Assembly (NCBI GenBank): GCA_964415865.1
Contig: CAYQBY010000003.1
Span: 3,158 to 67,157, forward strand
DNA length: 64,000 nucleotides
Origin: an uncultured Piscirickettsiaceae bacterium
GTDB taxonomy: Bacteria; Pseudomonadota; Gammaproteobacteria; GCF-002020875
Direction: 5' to 3'
Under the pieces are notes generated by a model. It had not been told where the DNA came from and searched no databases. It saw only the letters and a program-made list of their open reading frames with translations. Positions 31,329 through 39,403 of the stretch are shown here, piece by piece. The position numbers and the translations under genes were made by a program. How positions within the stretch are numbered: the stretch's first letter is position 1; the number at the start of each line of letters is the position of its first letter.

Positions 31329-32287
31329 GCCCTCAACCACTCTCGATCCAATTTCCCCATACTGTTTCGTTTTAATCCAGATACAAACAGCAGTTCTCGT
31401 GGACGCAGACTTGATGAAATATTAGCTCTCATCCATCTGCTTACGATCTCCTCCTGATCTCTCTCACCATCTATAACTGCAACAATACGCTCACCCCACT
31501 CCTTATCAGGAATAGACCCTACCGCCACATCTCTCACCCCTGGTGCAGAGACCATCAACTGCTCTATTACGACAGGATCAATGGTCTCCCCTCCAGAGAT
31601 AATCCGATCATCCAGCCTTCCATAAATATGGAGATGTCCGTCCTTATCCATAGCCCCATGGTCAGCTGTTACAACCTCATCCTCACCCAGTAACAGATTA
31701 CTCCTTATCCTTATCTCACCCTGCTCTCCTATAGCAATAGAGACTCCAGACAGAGGGGCTCCTACATCACTATCATCCCACTGATCTATATTTTCTCTAC
31801 CAAGTCGCAACATGGTGATTCTGGATGCGGTCTCGGTCATCCCATAGGAGACAACAATGGGCCACCCGCTCTCTACTGCACGCTGGGCCAGTGGCTTTGG
31901 CAGACGGTCTCCACCAATCAGTACCGTCTTCAGTGATTCAGGGGCAGGCTTATCTCCGAAGTAATCCAGCAGTTTTGAGAGCATTACAGGTACAAGCGAG
32001 ATATGGGTGATAGTGTAACGCCCTAGATCACCATAAATTCTTTCTGGATAAAAACCCTCATGAAGCAGCATGGTGGCCCCTGCCTCTTCACAACGATATT
32101 TGATAGAGAGTCCGCCAACATGATTTAGGGGAAGACAGTTTAGCCAGCAATCCCCTTTCTGAAGTCTCTCATACTGCTGCCCCATACGAGCACTAGCACG
32201 AAGGGTATCTACGGAGAGGAGAACCTTTTTTGAAATACCTTCAGTACCACTGGTCTCCAGAATGAGGCCTGCTCCATCGGCACTCAT
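31298..32287 (-). CDS. menE: MenE-like acyl-CoA (o-succinylbenzoate) ligase lacking the N-terminal ~110 residues; starts at the P-loop
   Basis: AMP-binding P-loop TSGTEGISKK at residues ~13-22; C-terminal adenylate-forming domain; in-frame stop two codons upstream of the ATG; ATGA overlap with ubiE. Confidence 0.6.
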   Translation of the reverse strand: MSADGAGLILETSGTEGISKKVLLSVDTLRASARMGQQYERLQKGDCWLNCLPLNHVGGLSIKYRCEEAGATMLLHEGFYPERIYGDLGRYTITHISLVPVMLSKLLDYFGDKPAPESLKTVLIGGDRLPKPLAQRAVESGWPIVVSYGMTETASRITMLRLGRENIDQWDDSDVGAPLSGVSIAIGEQGEIRIRSNLLLGEDEVVTADHGAMDKDGHLHIYGRLDDRIISGGETIDPVVIEQLMVSAPGVRDVAVGSIPDKEWGERIVAVIDGERDQEEIVSRWMRANISSSLRPRELLFVSGLKRNSMGKLDREWLRAQLLNISSSV

Positions 32288-33000
32288 TTCTCACCAATAT
32301 GGATAGCGGCAATTCCGAAGGTTAGATTGCTGTAGCTAACATTTGTGAATCCAGCCTGCTCCATCAACCTCTTCATCTCTTCCTGGTCAGGAAAGCGGCG
32401 GATAGATTCCACCAGATAATTGTAGGCAATTGGTGCCTTGGCTATCCATGCACCGAGTCGTGGGATCACATAGAAGGAGTGGAGATCATAAAATGGCTTG
32501 ATCAACCAGTGGGGTCTGGAGAACTCAAGACAATACATTTTCCCACCAGGCTTTAGCACGCGATTTATCTCGCGCAGAGCCTGCTCCATGTTTGTCATAT
32601 TACGGATACCAAAAGAGATGGTAAGACGGTCAACCGAGTTGTCATCCAATGGAATTGACTCCCCTGCTCCCACACGAAACTCCACCCCCTCTATTCCTCT
32701 CCTCTCACCCTCAGCCATCATCGCCTCACTGGGGTCTATAACAATAACTGTTCTCTCACCTGCTGCCATCTTTTCTGCTATATCACCAGTACCTCCAGCA
32801 AGGTCAACTATCAACTCGTTATTCTCTGGACTAACCATCTTTACCAGATGACGCTTCCAGAGACGGTGGATACCGAAACTCATCATATCGTTCATAAGAT
32901 CATAGCGGGGTGCTACTGCCTGAAAAACCGCGCGGATCTTCTCCTCGCGCTCCTGCTCGCCTACCTTTGAAAAACCAAAAGTCTGTGACAGCTTGTCCAT
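32284..33000 (-). CDS. ubiE: Demethylmenaquinone/ubiquinone C-methyltransferase
   Basis: UbiE/MenG signature (YDLMNDMMSFGIHRLWK) and SAM motif (DLAGGTGD). Confidence 0.9.
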   Translation of the reverse strand: MDKLSQTFGFSKVGEQEREEKIRAVFQAVAPRYDLMNDMMSFGIHRLWKRHLVKMVSPENNELIVDLAGGTGDIAEKMAAGERTVIVIDPSEAMMAEGERRGIEGVEFRVGAGESIPLDDNSVDRLTISFGIRNMTNMEQALREINRVLKPGGKMYCLEFSRPHWLIKPFYDLHSFYVIPRLGAWIAKAPIAYNYLVESIRRFPDQEEMKRLMEQAGFTNVSYSNLTFGIAAIHIGEK

Positions 33001-33842
33001 TATCTAATTGCCCCACCAAGATCATAGAGCGTACGGTGCACCCCGTGGCATCGTGCACAGACCGCAACCCCAACCTCACCCAATTTTCGACCAACCCCGC
33101 TGGAGTTTTTAGTAAGCAGAACAGATAGCTCTTCCAACAGAAATTCTGTCTCCTCACCAAGGATACGTTCTCGAGGATATTCGTCACGGTGACAGCCACT
33201 ACAGCTCTCACCCAGATCAATCACCCTAGTTGAGAACAGATCAAGATAATCTGTTGCGGCAGTTATGCGTCCGTCCTCAACTGCAATCTTGAAACGGTTC
33301 ATTGAGGTTGAAAGGTTATTCATTGTATCTTTGTAGGATAGCTCCTCCATGGTTTCACTATCCTCAACCATTACCTTCTCAAAATTTGGGGTTCTGTATA
33401 ACGCCGCAGTCACTGCCCGATAATCATCATGGCATGAACCACAGGTCATACCCACTTTTCTGAGGGCGCCGCCCATGGCCTCCCAATCTCTATCTTTTAT
33501 CACCTGCTCAAGTCGATTTATCCATTTTGGTTCAATCTCGTTACTCCACTCAGGCACCATCTCGGTAATGCTTCTATAGTCCTTGATAAATTGTGAACCC
33601 CACTTATCCAGCAGCTTCTCATTCTGCAGGGCCGTATACTCCTGAATTGCCAGCATGGAACGGCGCAGACGGAACATGGTATGGAGCCATACCTGCCTCT
33701 TATTTTGTGGTTTGTACCACTGAGCGATGGATGTTGGTGGTAGCTGAACTGACATCTCCTGTTCATAACTCTGCGTATCAGCACTGCAAAGTGGTGACAG
33801 AAAGAGTGTGACTGCAATAAAAGCGATATTTTTTATATTCAT
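33000..33842 (-). CDS. Periplasmic tri-heme c-type cytochrome of unknown family, inside the men operon
   Basis: Signal peptide; three CxxCH motifs (CGSCH, CSGCH, CARCH), each at the end of a ~80-aa predicted helical segment. Confidence 0.6.
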   Translation of the reverse strand: MNIKNIAFIAVTLFLSPLCSADTQSYEQEMSVQLPPTSIAQWYKPQNKRQVWLHTMFRLRRSMLAIQEYTALQNEKLLDKWGSQFIKDYRSITEMVPEWSNEIEPKWINRLEQVIKDRDWEAMGGALRKVGMTCGSCHDDYRAVTAALYRTPNFEKVMVEDSETMEELSYKDTMNNLSTSMNRFKIAVEDGRITAATDYLDLFSTRVIDLGESCSGCHRDEYPRERILGEETEFLLEELSVLLTKNSSGVGRKLGEVGVAVCARCHGVHRTLYDLGGAIR

Positions 33843-34714
33843 AGGTAAAGTCCAAATATCATCAAGATTCCAAACAGAAGCTGGAGCTGAGCCGTCTGTG
33901 CCAACAGTTTATTTAATCCTCTACCATGAGGTAAAAGATAGATTTTTCTCCCCAGGTAGAGTGAAACCGGTAGTGCCGGCATCATAACCCATATCAATAA
34001 CGGCTTCTGAAGTTGTTCAGACAAAATCAGAAGTATCAGGAATGGGGTTAATAAAAGTGTGAGATAGAGAACTCTGGTAAGCGACATTCCTAAACCAACT
34101 GCCAGGGTGTTTTTTCCAACAACACGATCAGTATCAATATCTCGATAGTTGTTTACAACTAGAACTGCTGCAGCCAACAGCCCTATCGCGGACCCTGCCA
34201 ATAGAGCTGTAGAGCTCCACTGCAGAGTAACCAGGTAGGTAGTACCCATAACTGCAGCAACACCAAAAAAGAGAAAGACAAATAGCTCTCCCATAAATGT
34301 ATAGGCAATGGGGATGCGGCCTCCAGTATAGGCAAGCCCCGCAGCAATTGATGACAGCCCAATCAACAAGATTGGTAGCCCACCAACCACAACCAGGGAT
34401 ATCCCTATTATAAAAGCTGCTGAAAAAGATCCAATTGCAGCCTTTTTAACACCATTCGCACTCAACAACCCTTCCGAAACCATCCGCTTTGGACCAAGAC
34501 GATCTGGACCATCAGCTCCACGTAGCGCATCCCCAGCATCATTGTATAGATTTGTCCCAACCTGAATCAGAAGAGCCGCCAGAAGAATAAGGGTGAGTAG
34601 CAGAGGTTTAAACAGGGCACTCTCTGTATGAGCTATAACTGCTCCCAGAAGTACCGGAATTACCGCCATTGAGAGGGTTTTTGGACGTACGGCATGTAAC
34701 CATGGGGAGTTCAT
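33839..34714 (-). CDS. menA: 1,4-dihydroxy-2-naphthoate polyprenyltransferase (UbiA family)
   Basis: UbiA-family NDAGD motif; 8-9 TM helices. Confidence 0.85.
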   Translation of the reverse strand: MNSPWLHAVRPKTLSMAVIPVLLGAVIAHTESALFKPLLLTLILLAALLIQVGTNLYNDAGDALRGADGPDRLGPKRMVSEGLLSANGVKKAAIGSFSAAFIIGISLVVVGGLPILLIGLSSIAAGLAYTGGRIPIAYTFMGELFVFLFFGVAAVMGTTYLVTLQWSSTALLAGSAIGLLAAAVLVVNNYRDIDTDRVVGKNTLAVGLGMSLTRVLYLTLLLTPFLILLILSEQLQKPLLIWVMMPALPVSLYLGRKIYLLPHGRGLNKLLAQTAQLQLLFGILMIFGLYL

Positions 34715-34812
34715 AAACAGCTGCTCTTGATCTGAATCAACACCGTCTCAGTCTCGCATTTGGTAAGATTGTCCGCAAGTAACACCTTCATAATAATCTA
34801 CAATTTACCTCT

Positions 34813-35160
34813 ATGAAAAAAAGCTACCTTATACTCTGTTTTGCACTACTAACAGCACCAGTTCACGCTGTCAGTGACCATCAACTTGAGAAGGTAAAAC
34901 AGTTGGGGGAGCTCAACGGGATTGCTCTTAATTGTGGATATATTGATGAGACCCGCAGAATGAAACGAGCTATGGTATCAACTGTCCCCAAGATCAGGGT
35001 TATTGGGATAGCTTTTGATGAGGCAACTAACAGCTCCTTTCTCTCAACAATCAAATCGGGAAATTCATGTCCTACAGAGAAGTCACTTAGCCAACAGGTT
35101 GACAGCAGTATTGAGCAGTTGGAAACAGTATTTATGAATCATCAGGAGAAACTATTTTGA
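34813..35160 (+). CDS. Small secreted protein, unknown
   Basis: Signal peptide; 115 aa; ATGA-coupled to the downstream fusion gene. Confidence 0.4.
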   Translation: MKKSYLILCFALLTAPVHAVSDHQLEKVKQLGELNGIALNCGYIDETRRMKRAMVSTVPKIRVIGIAFDEATNSSFLSTIKSGNSCPTEKSLSQQVDSSIEQLETVFMNHQEKLF

Positions 35161-36587
35161 GGCTGCTCTCCCTATTTGTACTGCTCATCTTCTCCTCAAC
35201 CACATGGAGTGGCGAGCCTCTCAGGATTGTTACCACCATAAAACCAATTCATTCAATCCTCTCTGGTCTACTGGCAGGGACACGGCCTCCCGAACTACTT
35301 GTAGATAATCAGCAATCACCATATACAGTAACTCTCTCAAGATCCAAGCAACATACCATCAGGGATGCTGATATGGTCGTATGGGTGGGGCCAGAACTGG
35401 AGCAGTTTATGGTTAAGCAGATAGAACAGCTTGGCCCGAAGACAACCCTCTTTACCCTGCTTGATAATGAAGAGATCAAGGTTCTTCAGTCACGCTGGAA
35501 CAAGGGGAAACGTGATCCATTCTTATGGCTTGATAGCCGCAACATACTTATCCTTACTGATGAGCTTTTCAGAGCACTAATCAAGCTTGATCCAGAGCGC
35601 AGATCTCTATATGAAAATAACCGACGCAACCTGTTAAGCAGACTGGCAGAACTTGACCGCCGCCTGGAGTATGGATACAGAGGGCTGAAGAGCGGTATTG
35701 GCATGGCCTACTACGATACCTTGCAGTATTTTGAACAGGCATATGCACTAAAAATCAGGGGGGTGGTTGCAGAGTCACCAACAACACCAGTTAGTGGACT
35801 CTCTTTTCTACAGAGCAGGGCCAAACTCAAAAGTGGTGACTATAGCTGTCTGTTGACTGAACAGCAGATCGATCCTGATGACTTATCTCTGCTTACCAAT
35901 GAGATCACACTCAATATTGGTCTTTTGGACAGTTTTGGATCAAAAATAGATGCTGGAGAAGATCACTACTTCAAATTGATGGAGCAGAATACAGCTACTA
36001 TCAAACAGTGCTTAAAGTACGTGGATGATTCAATTGCAGAGGAGGTAGCAAAAGAGGTCATCCAAAACAGCACCAGTAATTCCACCACAACCAGCTATAT
36101 TGGTGGCAAGTTCATGTTACGTGATCATCACGGTAAACTATTTACCGACCAGGATATGCTGGGGGCATTCCATCTGGTCTACTTTGGATATACCTTCTGT
36201 CCTGATGTCTGCCCCACCTCACTACTCACCATCTCCTCAGCACTGAACAAACTTGGGGATGATGCCAAACAGATCCAGCCATACTTCATAACGGTTGACC
36301 CAGCCAGAGACAGACCAGAGGCGCTAAATACCTATGTTAACTATTTTCACCCGACCCTGATTGGACTAACTGGCACTCAGTCCATGATTGACCGGGTTGC
36401 CCGAATGTATCATGTGAAGTATGAGAAGGTTATTGACGAATCAAGAGACCCTGATCAATACATCATGGATCACTCATCAGGGGTTTTTGTGATGGCGCCC
36501 AGTGGAGAGTTCATAACTAAATTAGCTCACGGAATATCAGCTGATGATATGGCTGCCCGCATCAGAGATGTCCTGTCAAAACAATAG
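35157..36587 (+). CDS. Fusion protein: degenerate ZnuA/TroA-like periplasmic solute-binding domain plus a C-terminal SCO1/SenC copper-chaperone domain
   Basis: N-terminal TroA fold pattern with two canonical metal-binding His replaced (DPFLWLD for DPHxWLD; YDTLQYF for HDAFGYF); C-terminal CPDVCP CxxxC motif and conserved DHSSGVFV His. Confidence 0.65.
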   Translation: MRLLSLFVLLIFSSTTWSGEPLRIVTTIKPIHSILSGLLAGTRPPELLVDNQQSPYTVTLSRSKQHTIRDADMVVWVGPELEQFMVKQIEQLGPKTTLFTLLDNEEIKVLQSRWNKGKRDPFLWLDSRNILILTDELFRALIKLDPERRSLYENNRRNLLSRLAELDRRLEYGYRGLKSGIGMAYYDTLQYFEQAYALKIRGVVAESPTTPVSGLSFLQSRAKLKSGDYSCLLTEQQIDPDDLSLLTNEITLNIGLLDSFGSKIDAGEDHYFKLMEQNTATIKQCLKYVDDSIAEEVAKEVIQNSTSNSTTTSYIGGKFMLRDHHGKLFTDQDMLGAFHLVYFGYTFCPDVCPTSLLTISSALNKLGDDAKQIQPYFITVDPARDRPEALNTYVNYFHPTLIGLTGTQSMIDRVARMYHVKYEKVIDESRDPDQYIMDHSSGVFVMAPSGEFITKLAHGISADDMAARIRDVLSKQ

Positions 36588-36639
36588 AACTACCGATAGG
36601 TATTTACTATGAAAGGCAACAGTAGAATAATGCTATTCA

Positions 36640-36927
36640 ATGAGCAGCAACCAACCCATAGCCATTGTCGATGTGCGTGGACTAAAGTGTCCCGAACCTT
36701 TCAGGCAGGCTACATCAACAGCTATGGCACTACCACCAGGGGGGTCATTCCAACTCCACATCTCTGTTGAACCACAGCCACTCTATGAGCACCTCAATGA
36801 ACTTGGGTTTACCATTCACCCAGAAACAGCGTCTGATGGTGATTTTCTGATCACCATAACCGCACCTGATAATCCTGTTGAAAATAGCGAAGAGATACTG
36901 AAGAGCAGACCAATCTGCATCTCCTGA
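36640..36927 (+). CDS. TusA-like sulfurtransferase
   Basis: VDVRGLKCPEP CPxP motif; 95 aa. Confidence 0.7.
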   Translation: MSSNQPIAIVDVRGLKCPEPFRQATSTAMALPPGGSFQLHISVEPQPLYEHLNELGFTIHPETASDGDFLITITAPDNPVENSEEILKSRPICIS

Positions 36928-36936
36928 GGGGGCAGA

Positions 36937-37623
36937 TTAAAAGTCCGGGTTCTTCCACCCTTCTGGTGCCACATCCTCTGCAGGTGGCTTAATTCTGGAA
37001 ATATAGTCCGCCAGGATCGAAAGCTCAGCATCCTTCATCTTGCTAACCCTGCGCATCATCTCGCTATTGGCATTACGTCTCTTGCCGTCACGAATCCACC
37101 TCAACTGCCTTAACAGATAGGCATAGTGCTGGCCTTGGACGCGAGGAAAATATCTAACAGGATCTCCTCCACCATCACCACCATGACATTCGGCACATTT
37201 TCTAAAATATGTACGTTCCGCCTTGCCCAGTTTATGCCCAGGGCCAATACCTGGGGTTGAGGTCATAGGTAGCGTCTGAATATAGGCAGTGACATCAGCA
37301 ATTGCCTGAGGGCCACCCATCACCTTCTCCTGGGCGATTACCAACATGGATGGATTATCCCGATTGCCAGCTCTGATATCGGCAATCTGCTTGATTATGA
37401 CACTACTGTGCTGTCCTGCGAGCTGAGGATAACTGCCATCAACAGTTCCCCATGAATTGGTTTGGTGACAAACAACACAGAGCCTGAAAACCTGCTTACC
37501 TGACTCCACATTTGGAGTGGCTGCCATTGCAATGGCAAGCTCATCATCGAGTGGCGCATCGGCTGAGACCACAAAAGAGAGGAGTACAGCACCAACCCCA
37601 AATAACCTACCCAACTCTCTCAT
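36937..37623 (-). CDS. Diheme cytochrome c4-type protein
   Basis: Signal peptide; CVVCH and CAECH motifs. Confidence 0.8.
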   Translation of the reverse strand: MRELGRLFGVGAVLLSFVVSADAPLDDELAIAMAATPNVESGKQVFRLCVVCHQTNSWGTVDGSYPQLAGQHSSVIIKQIADIRAGNRDNPSMLVIAQEKVMGGPQAIADVTAYIQTLPMTSTPGIGPGHKLGKAERTYFRKCAECHGGDGGGDPVRYFPRVQGQHYAYLLRQLRWIRDGKRRNANSEMMRRVSKMKDAELSILADYISRIKPPAEDVAPEGWKNPDF

Positions 37624-37629
37624 ATAACT

Positions 37630-38214
37630 CTACTTTACCCCGTTGGATATCAGGAACTGACCCAGCTCCTTATCAGTGCGTACGATATGGTCAAGTAGCC
37701 ACTCCTTCAGGAAGTGGTGAATCTCTGTGCTGAGATCCTCCTGGTCATCCAGATTACCTGTATGTTGACCACTAAAGGTCTCTACCTTCTCCACCATATC
37801 CCTATGCTGCTTCATGTGCGCATCTATATCTGGCCAGTTGTTATCTCTCATCAACCCCTCCTCGCGCTCGAAATGGTATTTGGTATATTCGATCAATTCA
37901 TCAATAACACCCTTCACATACCCCTCACCCATATTGTAATGGGAGGCACTAACAACCTGATTCAACAGTCCAACCAGCTTTTGGTGATCATGATCAATTA
38001 ACTCCACCCCAACCTCATACTGGCTATTCCAATCTATATACTCCTTACGCACACTGCGTTCATGAAGATATGGAATCAATGCCAGAATAACCAATATTAC
38101 CCACGGAACAGGATTGGCCAGACCAGCCTCAGATGTAACAAACCCCAGAAAGACGACCACTAACGCAACGATGATCAGTGAGAACAGTGCGAACATCGAG
38201 TAACTTTTTTTCAT
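37630..38214 (-). CDS. Membrane-anchored hemerythrin-like protein
   Basis: N-terminal TM helix; HHE cation-binding pattern (HDHQKLV...H...H..E...H...D). Confidence 0.7.
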   Translation of the reverse strand: MKKSYSMFALFSLIIVALVVVFLGFVTSEAGLANPVPWVILVILALIPYLHERSVRKEYIDWNSQYEVGVELIDHDHQKLVGLLNQVVSASHYNMGEGYVKGVIDELIEYTKYHFEREEGLMRDNNWPDIDAHMKQHRDMVEKVETFSGQHTGNLDDQEDLSTEIHHFLKEWLLDHIVRTDKELGQFLISNGVK

Positions 38215-38282
38215 AAAACAGATTCCTCGCGAGAGTTAAACACAACTAAAGGTAGCATACCTAAGATACCATTATGAATGAT

Positions 38283-38296
38283 TTGATGTGTATCAA
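38283..38296. promoter_or_regulatory. FNR/Dnr-type box TTGAT-GTGT-ATCAA
   Basis: Perfect palindrome ~75 bp upstream of both the hemerythrin/c4 operon (minus) and dnr (plus). Confidence 0.7.
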
Positions 38297-38367
38297 ACCC
38301 TTAACAAACCAGAACAATACCTATAAACTTCACACACATTATAAGAACTAGAACTACCAAACCACCC

Positions 38368-39054
38368 ATGTCTATATCCACTGTTTTTGAGCGCGAGCTT
38401 CGCCGCTCCCCACTATTTTCCTCTCTATCCAAAGAGGCCATGGAAGATATTATAGACTCATCCGAACTTATCAGAAAAAAACCTAATGAGGTTCTGTTTC
38501 TGCAGGGAGATGCCGCTACCCATTTCTATGTTGTACGGACCGGCACCATTAGACTCTACCTGCTTACTCCAGATGGCGATGAAAAAACCGTAAATATCCT
38601 GCAGGCCGGCAACTCTTTTGCTGAGGCAATGGTGTTTATGGATGGCGGCAAATACCCAGTCAACAGCCAGTTTCTAGAGGACGGAGAGATATTCTCCTTC
38701 AACAGTAAGGTATACAAAAATATCATGCGCACAGATCCTGAAACAACCTTCTCGATCATGGCCGATCTTAGTATGCGACTACAGAACTACGTGCAGGAGA
38801 TCGAGCAGCTCTGCCTGCATAATGCCACCCACAGACTAATGAGTTACCTGCTTACCTTTATTCCTGCCGAGGACAATGAGGGAACCTTTCAATTACCAAC
38901 CCAAAAAAGCGTCATTGCGTCCAGACTCTCAATTCAGAGAGAGACCTTCTCGCGCATTCTTGGAAAACTGAAAAAGAGAAAGATGATTGATGTTAATGGC
39001 AACGAGGTTCATATCCTCGATGCTAAAATGATGCGCAGCGCTCTAGTTGATTGA
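38368..39054 (+). CDS. dnr: CRP/FNR-family transcriptional regulator, Dnr/NnrR-type
   Basis: cNMP-binding domain plus C-terminal HTH; no N-terminal Cys cluster. Confidence 0.75.
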   Translation: MSISTVFERELRRSPLFSSLSKEAMEDIIDSSELIRKKPNEVLFLQGDAATHFYVVRTGTIRLYLLTPDGDEKTVNILQAGNSFAEAMVFMDGGKYPVNSQFLEDGEIFSFNSKVYKNIMRTDPETTFSIMADLSMRLQNYVQEIEQLCLHNATHRLMSYLLTFIPAEDNEGTFQLPTQKSVIASRLSIQRETFSRILGKLKKRKMIDVNGNEVHILDAKMMRSALVD

Positions 39055-39402
39055 TACCACACTAATGTTCCCAACCATCTCAGGATGTGGGCCACATAGA
39101 TAACTATAGACCCCCTCTTGGGTGAAAGTATGTTCCCAGCTCTCCCCGGGAAAGAGATACTCTGACCCAACCAGATCACCTCCACCATAACCATTCAGTT
39201 TTACTGAATGATACTGCCTCTTCTCATGGTTGACCCAGCGTACTGTATCACCAGGATTGATCGTCACAGTTTGCGGTTGGTATCTGTAATCAATAATCTC
39301 AACCTCAACCACCCTTGGTTGAGGTATATCATTCGAACATCCTGACACAAAAAAAAGGCCTCCCAGCAGAAGCATGAGAGGCCTGTTATTAATCATTGTC
39401 AT
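39043..39402 (-). CDS. Blue-copper cupredoxin (amicyanin/plastocyanin-like) lipoprotein
   Basis: Lipobox FFVSGC; type-1 Cu ligands H..., CGPHPEM (C-x2-H-x2-M as in amicyanin). Confidence 0.7.
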   Translation of the reverse strand: MTMINNRPLMLLLGGLFFVSGCSNDIPQPRVVEVEIIDYRYQPQTVTINPGDTVRWVNHEKRQYHSVKLNGYGGGDLVGSEYLFPGESWEHTFTQEGVYSYLCGPHPEMVGNISVVSIN

Positions 39403-39403
39403 C

